A DNA stretch of 64,000 nt from Tubulanus polymorphus (GCF_964204645.1 NC_134025.1:25958299-26022298); one strand, 5' to 3'. Shown: positions 27,771-39,472, counted from the stretch's first letter. Notes: generated by a model not told the origin, from the sequence alone. Numbers and translations: made by a program.

Positions 27771-28585
27771 AAAGCATCGATTCAACTTTATCCGACGACA
27801 TATAAACTCAAGAAAATGGTTGATGAAGAATGTCAATGGATCTTTATACACCTGTTTTTAGAAGACGCGTTAAGAATGATGTTACACGAAATATTTTAGT
27901 TGTAGCTTTTTGTCCGTTGATGTCTTTAACTTCATGTAATGTGGTTAAGTTTAGGGAAACGACACTTCAATGGAAAATAATTAGAATTGTTGAGGGAATC
28001 ATGTGCAACAATAGATAATGATCTCTGATGTATATTAACATCTACATCCACTTCCAGTCAGGCCGGCAGGGTTCCGGCTGAGAGGGTTGGCAGGGTTCAG
28101 GCCGAGAGGGTTGACAGGCTGTAGATTGATCTTGTATTAATCTCATCAATGTTAATCTCTTTTGAGGAGATTCAATTATAAAAGATTCTATCTAATACGT
28201 GGTCAGTGGGGAATGGACTCTTGCCCAAATTACTGGCCAAGTCAATTGGTCGATATGAAACAACTACAAGCACTTGAACAGGATTTTATTATCAAAAACA
28301 TCAGATTTAAACCAATATCATGAGCAAAACTCGCTTTGAAGAAAACAAACAAACAGAGTCGGACACTCGATAAATCACTGTAATAAAATCAAGACACTAA
28401 TCAAATTAATCAACAACAAATGATAAGATTAGATATACATGTATATTCAACTAACATAGTATTAGATCATTTAAATAATTATATTGATAATAAAATCCAA
28501 AAGACATTTGACACTCTTTATAAAAACATCAGACTTAAACAAATACTACTAAACACTGACTAAACTTTCATAACTTTAATTTATT

Positions 28586-28833
28586 TTCAATTTTACTTTA
28601 AGTGTTACATCATACAAAAAAGTATTGATACTAGACTCCACCCTAACATCCGACCCTCTTAGTGAAAACTACAGACTAAAAATATTTTTTCGATACAGAT
28701 TTTTTTTTCTATAGAAAGATATTTTTTCACCATACAAATATATTTTTTTCAATTAACTTTAAGCGTACACCACACAAAAAAGTATTGATACTAGACTCCA
28801 CCCAAACATCCGACCCTCTTAGTGAAAACTACA
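28586..28833 (+). repeat. Two-copy direct repeat, ~87-bp conserved block, ~160-bp period
   Basis: acaaaaaagtattgatactagactccaccc(t/a)aacatccgaccctcttagtgaaaactaca at ~28614-28673 and ~28774-28833. Confidence 0.9.
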
Positions 28834-30937
28834 ATTACAACTTTAAAAATGTTATATTAAACAAAGATATTTTCAACTTACTTTAATAACTTTAATTAAA
28901 TGTTTCATTATACAAATTGTATCATTTGATACTATGATTCACAAATACTACTTAGAATATAGCGTAGTACGCTACAATACGAACAATGTCTCCGATTCAG
29001 GAAATACCACAAATCTGATGCGAGAAATTCAAGATCAAGAAATGACCCTCTTGATCTTTATTAACAATGACAGACTATCTTAATCAAATCATCAATCGAG
29101 CATTCTATGATATCAATCATTCATTTTTGAAGTTGATGGATTTTTTTTAATTGTGTGTTTGATTTTATTTGGTTTAGTGTTTGTTAATCATTAATTGAGT
29201 CCATAGAATGCTTCTAAGCGATTGACACAATGAGATCCAAGTCACTGCTTACCGTACGTACAGTCCTCAGTTGCCAGAGACTGCTCTTCCATTTCCAACA
29301 GAAAGCGGTATTTCATATATCGGAAAAACACTTTTAACTTACAATCAATTCAATAATTCTAATAAGATAATAATTCAATATAAGATAATCATACAGTGGA
29401 ATTTATTTTTCAGCATAATGTTTCAGGTAACAACAATTTTAATCGGCAAATTAGAAAGTATTGCAGCTACAAACACTAATTCCTTATTAACACGACTCAT
29501 AAAATACCAAAAACACCGAAATACCCAACTTTGAAAACAGTATAAGAGGAAACTTGATTGTATTGAAGTCATTATTATCAAGTAAAACTTGATGAAACTT
29601 AATTATATTCCATGAAGTATCCAGCATTCTATCATATCTTAAGTAGTTGTTTTTTGTTTAAGTATTTTTGTGTTTTCAGTGGTTTGTATTTCATTGTGTA
29701 TTTAAGTTTTAAGTGTTTAATTGTTTATGTGTAGTTGAGCTCATAGAATGCTGAAATAACATCACGGTCAAGGTCCTCGACCGACTGGAGGCTCGTACAC
29801 TGCAGACGACATCCTCAGTCAATAATAAACTGCTCCTCTCTATTTCCGGCAGGGTATTTACCGCATCGGTATTCTATGAATCGTCAAATATTACATTATC
29901 TATTGAAAAAAGTTTAATTAAACCAAGGGCGCGAAAAACTAGATACAAGTCGTCCATTTAAAAAACACTGACTCCAACAACGAAGAGTGTATGGTATAAC
30001 ACTAAGTTGAAGACAACCGCAAAGACAACCACTCAGTTTCCTGAATTCTGCGTGCCATCCTACTAAAATCCTCCGCACTAAAACCAGAGACAACCCTCAA
30101 CGTTAAGTTCACTCTGGAAAGCGCAAGGTAAACAATCTATAACTAATTTAATTCATTTTTTTACATTATTATTATTACTACTTGAAAAACTAAGTTTTAT
30201 ATATTTTTTTTCCATTTTTTTCTACATTGATATTATTACTACTTAAGAAACTAAGTTTTACATAATTTTTCTTTTAATTAAAAATTATTACAAATTTTTT
30301 TTTGTTTGTTAATTTTCCATCATCCACAAAACAATGAATATTTCACACATTAAGTGAATGGGAGAGGGGGTTTAAAGGAAACTTGATCTTTAATCGTTTA
30401 TTACGCTCATCCTATCGTGCTACCAACACCGGGCTTGTTAGTTTAAAAAAATAAAAGGGTTTTTGTTAATACGCTTTGCGCTTTGTGCCTAGGATGCTTA
30501 AAATAAACACTTAAAAGATCAAGCAAAATATTGATGAAAATGGATTGAATAGTTTAAGGGGAGACGTTTTATGAATGAAAGGAAAACTTATTTTGATTTC
30601 ACTAGGAAAAGATACCAGATGATGCTAATAGGACTCATACATAACACACAAATTCACACACAGATTTACACACAGATTCACACATGACCAACAAATACAC
30701 GTATTACAATCACACCTACCTTACACCACCTCCATTTGCATCATACTGCATCTTTTTCATCGTGAATTTTGGGGCCCCTTTTTAGAAATGCGCACTACAC
30801 TAAACAATTGTTCACTGATCACTGCTGCTCCTTGGAAATATAGTTCATAACCTCTGCTGCTCCTTAGATATATTGTTTGTAAACTAGGCTAATCCCGCGA
30901 TATATTGTTTGTAAACTTTGCTGCTCCTTCGATTGTT

Positions 30938-31859
30938 GCTGGTTAGTAGACTCTCGGCTGGTAGTAGACTCTCGGCTGGTGGCAGACTCTCGGCTGGTAG
31001 TAGACTCTCGACTGGTGGTAGACTCTCGGCTGGTAGTAGACTCTCGGCTGGTAGTAGACTCTCGACTGGTAGTAGACTCCTGGCTGGTAGTAGACTCTGG
31101 ACTGGTGGTAGACTCTCGGCTGGTGGCAGACTCTCGACTGGTGGTAGACTCTCGGCTGGTAGTAGACTCTCGGCTGGTAGTAGACTCTCGGCTGGTGGTA
31201 GACTCTCGGCTGGTGGTAGACTCTCGGCTGGTGGTAGACTCTCGACTGGTGGTAGACTCTCGGCTGGTAGTAGACTCTCGGCTGGTGGTAGACTCTCGGC
31301 TGGTGGTAGACTCTCGGCTGGTGGTAGACTCTGGACTGGTGGTAGACTCTGGGCTGGTGGTAGACTGTCGGCTGGTGGTAGACTGTCGGCTGGTAGTAGA
31401 CTCTCGGCTGGTAGTAGACTCTCGGCTGGTAGTAGACTCTCGGCTGGTAGTAGACTCTCGACTGGTGGTGGTAGACTCTCGGCTGGTAGTAGACTCTCGG
31501 CTGGTAGTAGACTCTCGACTGGTGGTAGACTCTCGGCTGGTGGCAGACTCTCGGCTGGTAGTAGACTCTCGGCTGGTGGCAGACTCTCGGCTGGTAGTAG
31601 ACTCTCGACTGGTGGTAGACTCTCGGCTGGTAGTAGACTCTCGGCTGGTAGAAGACTCTCGACTGGTAGTAGACTCTCGGCTGGTTAGTAGACTCTCGAC
31701 TGGTGGTAGACTCTCGGCTGGTGGTAGACTCTCGGCTGGTGGTAGACTCTGGGCTGGTGGTAGACTCTGGGCTGGTGGTAGACTGTCGGCTGGTAGTAGA
31801 CTCTCGGCTGGTAGTAGACTCTCGGCTGGTAGTAGACTCTCGGCTGGTAGTAGACTCTC
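30938..31859. repeat. 18-bp minisatellite, about 51 units, consensus GTAGACTCTCGGCTGGT(A/G)
   Basis: Visible tandem array; it produces the repetitive ORFs (SRESTT / PAESLL / LSAGSR / LVVDSR). Confidence 0.97.
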
Positions 31860-32652
31860 AACTGTCAAACTCTAAAAATGATGATGCAAAATGACTCAAT
31901 AAAATTGTTTGTAAAAGTACCGTATAATTTGATGAGATATCACTGCTTGGATAAAACATTTAATCTAATAATGAAATCGAAATTTCTTACCATAGAATTA
32001 ACTAGAAACCGATAACCTTCTTTCCATCTAATTGTGGATACACTATTGTCTCTGCTGCTCATAAACTCAATTCTGCCATTACTGAACATCACTGCAACTC
32101 TGCTTATCATCTGGAACTCTGCTGACTATCTGGAACTCTGCTGGTTACATTTTGGGATCTTCTGTCGTCATCACAGCTGCGACATTCGTCATCAGTTATT
32201 GTCTGGTCATCTCATCTCATGGCTTCATTTTGAAACATTCAGCTGGAAAGAAATGATATTTTTGAGGCGTACAATCCGTTCGAACATCTTATTATTTTAC
32301 ATGGAGAAGTTAAAATCCGTCCTTGTCGTTTACAATTGCAATAATTGTATTATTTGATCAGTCATTGTCAATGAGCCCCCGATTGATTAGTATTAGTAGT
32401 GTTAGTTAATCACTATTTAAGACAGTGATCATCAGACAGTAGATTTCTCTGATACAAGATCAGTTAACGTTGATTTGGTACAAAGTCCACAGTGTCTTTA
32501 AAAAGACATTGAGATCCTACTGAACCTCATTGTCCGAGGAGTTTTGGATTTTCTTTTGACATTTTTTGGGGCTGTCTATTTTTAGACGATTTTCTTTGAT
32601 TAGGCGGGAAAAAGACTTATGGAGTTTGTTAAGTTGGGAGCTAATAGCGAGA

Positions 32653-33060
32653 CTGGTAACGCCACCTATTGCTCAGGCACTGTCTCTGCGCTCTGATAGG
32701 AATAGATAGTACTAAAAGGTGGATGTGTGATTTACGAGTTCTAGGTGACTGGTAACGCCACCTATTGCTCTTCACCACCCTACCTTTAGCACCGAGAGTT
32801 GGGAGCTATAGGAAGGCTGGTAGCGCCACCTATTATTGCTCAGGCACCATAGTCTCTGTGCACTTACCCGATGCTCTGATCAAAGTTTAATGTATTTTTA
32901 GTTTTAGGGGAGTTTTTGAGATCTAAGAGCTATAAGAAGGCTGGTAGCGCCACCTATTGCTCGGACACCATCATCTCCGCACACTTACCCGAAGCTCTGA
33001 TTGTAAGTTTTAAGTGATTTTGGGAGAGTTTGAGAGGATGGTAGCGCCACCTATTGCTCA
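32653..33060 (-). promoter_or_regulatory. Five co-oriented CTCF-like motifs in a degenerate tandem repeat
   Basis: TA(A/G)CGCCACCTATT starts at 32657, 32753, 32821, 32945 and 33042. The reverse complement GCAATAGGTGGCG(C/T)TA resembles the CTCF core CCAC(C/T)AG(G/A)(G/T)GGCGCTA. Confidence 0.6.
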
Positions 33061-33853
33061 GGAATGGTCTACTCTTAGTCTCTGATAAGGCTGAATGCGT
33101 GGCTACCACAAGTGGCCAAGTGTCAAGTTATTAAGTCATGCACAACTATTGTGATTAGTGATTACAGTCTCACGGATGAAACCAACTTCTTATTAATGCA
33201 TTTCAAGAGGCACAAAATGTGACAGAACACTTTTACTAGAAATCCAGAACTTTTAAACCACTGGACTAAATATCAGTAAATCTTGAGAAAATATCAACTT
33301 GTCATCAAAAAGTGAAGCTTAGACTGAAAGAGATCTTGAAATGACTCTTTTTGAAATTGAGATTCTACAAACAAAGATTGAGCCTTCAGTAAGAAGACAT
33401 TTCAAGTATTGTCAAAACTCTTGATATTGAGGTTCTAGTAACAAAGATTCACTGACTACACTTGGTATATCAATATCTGCTAATTGATGATGTATCAAAA
33501 TACTGATAGAAGTGACACAGTAATTAGCAACAAACATTTAGAATTTCATATCAAAAGTCTCTCTGAAAGTTCATTTTCATGGATGATATTATCAGAGGAC
33601 TGGCTCTGAAATTCTCGATATGCTACGGTGTTTTTCAGTCAATAAGAAAAACACAATAATTCTTATGATTTTTTTCCGTCGAATAGAAAAACATAATTGA
33701 AGTTTTCCCGTCAAAATGAAAAACTCATTTTAAAGTGATACAGTAATTTTTTATCTCAAGTTTCAGATGAAATAGCGACAACCATTATTCATGCAAGTTT
33801 CATCTCTCAAATATCATTAGTCTGGTTTTCTGAATTCAAACTTAAGGAGTAGC

Positions 33854-33854
<1 letters not shown>

Positions 33855-33917
<63 letters not shown>
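33855..33917. repeat. (CAG)21 microsatellite
   Basis: Direct reading. Confidence 0.95.
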
Positions 33918-33920
<3 letters not shown>

Positions 33921-36709
33921 CACCAAACAAACATAGAAACCACCAAACAATATCGAGAAACTCTTTAGCATCTGAACTGATGACATTCAGATACATGTGA
34001 ATTGAATACATGTGATTAAAACAAATATAATGATTATGCAAATGAGAGTGGAGAGAGTGCCACAAATGAATCGGGACTTTCATCTAATACGAGCACGCTG
34101 AAACATGTGTTAAATTGAATGAGGCAAACCATTATGTATAAGACATGAATGAGTCCGCGGTGGTCCTTTTTGACCGGTTAAACTGACTTAACAAGTAAAG
34201 AATGGTGAAATATTGAATTGTAAATTTGTACTCGGAGAAGTCCCAAAACGACACCTCACCACTCATGTATTTCATTTCTAAACCGGTGTCAATATCGAAC
34301 TCAACAGAACTTCACATAGAATTATATTGAATCATTAAGATGAAATTTGAAATATACCTCAAAATTACGATATTTTGAAAAATTGCCATTGAGTGTATAA
34401 AGGACTTCAGTCTAATACGAGTACAAACAAATTAATGGTAAAGATATATTCAAAATTTGAATGAAGGTAAATTGAATGAAATCGAACCATTTATGCAGAG
34501 CATTACATAAAATAACTACTACATAAATAAGTTCACACTAGTGGCCTTGAATTAGACCAGATTGAAACTGATAAATCATTAGAATTGTACTCGGACAAGT
34601 CCCGTATTTATTTCAAAAAAGGCACTTCATTTTTTCTAGTTCCTAATCATTTTTATTGACACTGGTATCACTGATCATTTATTATCAGCAAAAATATATT
34701 AAACTAAATTTGAAGTGAAGTTTCAAAGCGTAAAAAAGCTTTTACTCACAATCATTTTATTTCAAGGGATTTCTATTTTTGATTGTTTGGTGCAAATTTA
34801 ATCAATTAGAATATTTTAAATAACCAGACATTTTTTCATTTTGACTGAAACCTGCTCCAAGAAGGTTGCGCAGATTTGTATTAAATTGATAATAACCGGA
34901 TTCAATTTCTACTTAATGTCAATTATTCTATTAGATATTTATATCTATATAAATATCAATATTCAATATCAAAATTTTTTTTTACGACTGTAATTCAAAT
35001 TGAATTGATTTAGGAAAATTCATTTCAAAACAATGAATTCGAACGTAAGAACTTCGCTTGATTTTCTGAGAAACAATTGTTTTGTATCGGAATAATATTT
35101 CATGACCAAAGAAAGTGAGGAGGAAATTCAATTGATTCCTTTCAAAATTAAGATATAACTAACAAAGATGGAATGACGATTCTTTTACGATAAATTTTCA
35201 CAACATTCAGACAATTGACTTAGATTGTATTTACATTCAAAATTACATGAACAAAATGAGAAACTTCAATTGATTCAATTCAACTTTTTCACTTCACTTC
35301 TAAAAGCATTTGATCATCATCGATATTGAAATATTGATGTGTAAAAATATTGGATTTATTGTGAACCTTTTGCAAAATAGAGATTTCAGTAACTAAGATG
35401 GAATGATGAGTCTTCTTTAGAAGATCAAGATTCCACTATAATTTCACTTAAAGATATATGACAAATTGACCATAATATGCCATAAAACTTACTGGAAATG
35501 CAGAACTTTCAAACAAGTAAAACTAAATATCAACTCCACATCAAAATATGAGGCTTCATTAAAAGAGGTCTTGATGATTCTTTTTTAAATTGAGAAATCA
35601 GTAAGAAATTATTTGAAATATTTCAAATACTTACATTTTTCAAATTAATTAAAAGAATTTAATATTAAGAAATTATTTCCAAATTAAGGAATTATGATAG
35701 GAACTTAGATATAGTGATTAAAACAGAGCTCGCGTGGATGATCTTATTATACGTAAAGGCACAAGACAAGCGTGCTCACCACTGAACCAATAGAACTTAA
35801 GTCTAATTAGTCAGTGATTAAACAGCGCTTGATTTCGTTATACAAAATACTATGAGAAACTAGTAACTGTTTTAAACAGTTTCTAGTTTCTATAATACAC
35901 CTTTAACAGAGCTCACAGAGACAATTTGAACTTTGTTAGTAGGATTTAGGGGGGCTAGCGATCAAACTAATGGTTATAAACCTTCATATAATCTTTTCAG
36001 TCAAACAAACTGTAACAACTAATATTCTATAGTATATTCTATCCTATATTGAGTCACATTATTTCTCTATCACAGAGCTTTATGAAGATAAACGTCAAAA
36101 CTTTTGGGGCTAGTGAGACTACTATTAGTTAGTACACGTAGCCAAGTGAACTAGCGTCCACTCGACTAGTGACTAAACAGCTTATAAAATACTATAGTGA
36201 GACAACAACTTATTTTCAGACGCTGCAAGCGTGCTCAGCGTTAGACCTAGAGAACAAGTCAACTAGGCTAAGATATACACCTTTTAAAAGTTACACATTT
36301 TATAGATACTGAATTCATAACAACTTAAAATGATTGAAGGCAAGCTCATTAAACCACTCAACATTTACAAGATTATTACTGATTAAAAACTATATTAAAT
36401 TACTGCTTGGCAGATGTAATTAGAATTTATCTTTACACATGAGTAAAGCTAAAATATGCTATATTAATTCCAACACAGAGCTAACAGAGACAAGATCTTT
36501 GAACGTATTTTGTTAGCAAGATTTCGGCCCAATAGAAGTTTTGTTATGAGGCGGATAAAGAGAAAAGTCATTTTACGATCTTTTCCTTTAAGTTTTTTTG
36601 AAGTAGTGATTGTGAACTCGTGCGGTGCAGACACAGAACATCGTTTAACGATTTTGTGTCATTTGGATGATTATTTTCTTTTCACTTTCAGTTAGATATT
36701 AAGCGTTAG

Positions 36710-36970
36710 AAATCTAAGTTTTTTGAGATGAGCTTTTAAAAAAGCTTTTCGACACCTCATTCTTAGTGTATTTTCACACGTTCTATTTTTGGGTTTTGAA
36801 AACCCTCAACACTCCACTCAACTCTCTCTCACCCCTCACCCAAGAATAAAGAATCTAAGTTTTTTTAGATGAGCTTTTAAAAAAGCTTTTCGACACCTCA
36901 TTTATGTGTATTTTTACACAATCTATTTTTGGGTTTTGTAAACCCTGTAGCGCTCCACTCTCTCTCCCAC
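36710..36970 (+). repeat. Two-copy tandem duplication, ~140-bp period
   Basis: aatctaagttttt..agatgagcttttaaaaaagcttttcgacacctcatt...tctatttttgggttttg.aaaccct...ctccactc at ~36711 and ~36852. Confidence 0.9.
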
Positions 36971-38022
36971 AATAGAAAAATAAATCAAACTTAGCTTTTT
37001 TATATTGCGACAATCATCACTGGGAGGTAGGCCTAGTGCTCTCAGTAGTTCTAGTAGTAGTTCATTTTCTAGGAGTTCATCTTCTAGTTATATTAGTTCA
37101 TTGGACCCTAGTAGTGCCGTAGTTTCTAGTAGTAGTTCATCTTCTACTAGTTCTAATGATTAGTTCATCTTCTCGAAGTTCTACTTCTAGGTCATGATGG
37201 GTCGACTGCTCGGTTCATCTTGCATTCAATGGAAAAATATAGTTCAATCTCTGCAAGTAGAAACATGGATTATTACAACAAAATGAAAATAAATTGGGAA
37301 TACAAAAAATTTCGATTTATGAAAATGATTCTATGAAATTGTTTGCAAAGTGTTCACTACAACTTAAGATGCGATGTTACTGGATATAAGACAATTACAA
37401 TCAATCTATATATTCTTGAAATCAAACTTTCTCACCATGGAAAAGGTTAGAAACGAATGTTCTTGTTCTTGTTTAATTTAATTCAGCCCAGCATACATCA
37501 GAACAGCATACAGGCAACACGGTGGATCAGACATGAGCGCGGCGATTTTTAGACAGGGCGCCAAATGCTCTCAAACCTATTGACGCGTTACCGGATTAGG
37601 TTGGGAGACTATAGGCAACGGGCCGGCATTCCTAGAGTGACCAATCAGAGAGAGCATCGTCCTTGAATAGATTCGCCGCGCGAGGTCGAGTTTGACTCGT
37701 TCCGCTCTGGTCGACTCGAAACCCTTCACTGCCGCCACCGGTACCCGTTCTGCTAACAAACACCGGACTCGAATAAACCCTTCCTCGTTCATACTGTATT
37801 TCATTATTTCGATAGAAAGAATAAATCAAATCTTAGAGATCTTAAAATCTAATTCTCAAAGTGACCCTTGTCTCAACCGTGGCAAAAGCATTTTGTATCA
37901 TGGCCTTCAAGGTTCAACTGGAGGCTTAAGACATTTTAAAACCATTTTTAATTAACCCAGATTTAAGACCGCGCTTGGAATCAAGCCTCCATCGGCTCCG
38001 AGGCAATATCTATTAGACATAG

Positions 38023-38050
38023 CATAGAACTATAACGGAATAGTTCTATG
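38023..38050. mobile_element. 28-bp hairpin insertion with a 7-bp flanking duplication
   Basis: CATAGAACTAT-aacgga-ATAGTTCTATG flanked by GACATAG at 38016-38022 and 38051-38057. Confidence 0.6.
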
Positions 38051-38395
38051 GACATAGAGAGTCTGACAAATATGTAGGCCTACACCGTATCACCGTATGT
38101 CATTTCGAATTCAAATTTAGACTGGTTGCCGGTCACTACCTTCACTATTCTGCTGACTGCGAATGCAGGTATCGCAGAATTGAACAGGTGACCATTCAAA
38201 TTCAAATTCTTGTGTCATCTTTGAATACTCCTCAAAGTCCCTGACTCGTTGAATCGGGATCCTAACGTAGATTCATCTCTTTGAGGTTGTAGGCCTCTTG
38301 GGCTGGAGCCCGCGCCTCAAAATTGAGAACATTTTTGAACATTTGCCTGCGATACCGGACCAATTCGAAACTAGAAAATATGGAAATTCAGACGA

Positions 38396-38474
38396 TTTTT
38401 GTAACAGTATTTGCTTTTTTCTAAGACTAAATGATTGACAAACCACGAAAATGATTAATCTTTGACATTTAAGA
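38396..38474 (+). repeat. Right copy of the ~80-bp direct repeat (left copy 27031-27111)
   Basis: Manual alignment with 27031-27111. Confidence 0.9.
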
Positions 38475-38742
38475 TAGTTAGTGACAATTATTCATTTAAG
38501 GTCAGGCTTGACAGACATTGGAGTACGCACCCGAAGCTGTATTCCTATAAGGATTAAACTCTGAATATATGTTACGTGTGTCTATATGAAACTTTTAGAA
38601 TTGTGTTATAAAAAACGCAAGGGGAAACGGAATAGTAAGCGGATAGCATCGATTTACGAATATACAAAACTACGCACCAACCAAAGCTGCAGTATTTTAC
38701 GCTAAAAGAGGTCAAGGTCTAGAGACCAGAGTACCAAACGGA

Positions 38743-38778
<36 letters not shown>

Positions 38779-38854
38779 CGCTACCGCTACCGCTACCGCT
38801 ACCGCTACCGCTACCGCTACCGCTACCGCTACCGCTACCGCTACCGCTACCGCT
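38743..38854. repeat. Compound microsatellite (TAC)n(CGCTAC)n
   Basis: Direct reading. Confidence 0.95.
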
Positions 38855-39334
38855 AAAGTGTGTACACTGCATTAGATCAACAAACAACTATCAATTTCTA
38901 TTCTGTAAAACTCGTTTTGTAAATTATAATGTTTTTGTATTTTTCGTATGCCAGTGAAGTAGGATATGATAAGTTTTTAATTGTGTTTTAAGTGTAAATG
39001 TTTTCAATCTATCAATACATTCCGTAAATAGATATGTTATGTTATACCTACCCTGGTATTTTCCTGTTCCATCAGATTCTTACAAAATAAGAAATCGATA
39101 TAAAATAAAGTTTGATTCAAACATTACTCGTTTTGTTGATTTTAAGTAATCTTCTGAATCAAATCATTTTAATATATGCGATGTAATATGTAGTTCTTAT
39201 TATGTATATATAGTACGTTGTAAATCATCTATGACAAATAAATATCCAATCGAATAACTTCGGAAGTAAAGCCGCGAGACGTAGTCGACGTTTCATCTCC
39301 TGCATAGGATTTGATTTTCATTTTATGTTTACCA

Positions 39335-39391
39335 CATGGCGTGTCAGGCCCCAATATGGCATGACAAGCCTCCGGGCTTGTGACGCCATAT
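39335..39391. promoter_or_regulatory. Imperfect palindrome ATATGGCATGACAAGCC/GGCTTGTGACGCCATAT plus a half copy, ~80 bp upstream of the IFT43 ATG
   Basis: Same motif family as 26521-26579. Confidence 0.5.
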
Positions 39392-39472
39392 GTAGCAGGT
39401 CTTAAGATTGTCCTAGATGATTCTTTCGGCCCTTTCAAATTTTGACGTTTAAAGTTATTTTTCCCGGTCAAG

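Larger units (their letters stand above)
28000..38395. mobile_element. Decayed repeat-rich island (possible relic of a large transposon or endogenous DNA virus)
   Basis: No recognisable host gene over ~10 kb in an otherwise dense locus. It contains many diverged internal duplications, stop-riddled ORF remnants and flanking direct repeats. No transposase or polymerase motif was recognised. Confidence 0.4.

Noticed and set aside
29190-29880. In-frame TGA codons in paralogous mini-ORFs as selenocysteine or readthrough
   Set aside because: The TGAs are at non-equivalent positions and no SECIS was recognised; decay is the simpler explanation.
30918-31894. Long plus-strand ORFs (LSAGSR)n and (LVVDSR)n
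   Set aside because: They are by-products of a stop-free 18-bp repeat, have non-ATG starts and show no splice support on that strand.
32653-33060. CRISPR-like look (conserved ~20-bp repeat with variable spacers)
   Set aside because: The context is eukaryotic with no cas genes. Spacer lengths are irregular and the spacers are homologous to each other, so this is a degenerate tandem repeat.
33817-34083. Poly-Ala ORF
   Set aside because: Produced by the (CAG)21 microsatellite.
35160-35420. Two ankyrin-like fragments (NKDGMTILL; N*DGMMSLL)
   Set aside because: Too short and too interrupted by stops to support a call.
35760-36255. tRNA-like 5' halves on the minus strand (TGGTTCAGTGGTGAGCACGC and a related copy)
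   Set aside because: No B box or cloverleaf; treated as part of the island's internal repeats.
38702-38887. (GS)n/poly-Ser ORF resembling a synthetic linker
   Set aside because: It is a compound microsatellite with no vector context or coding support.
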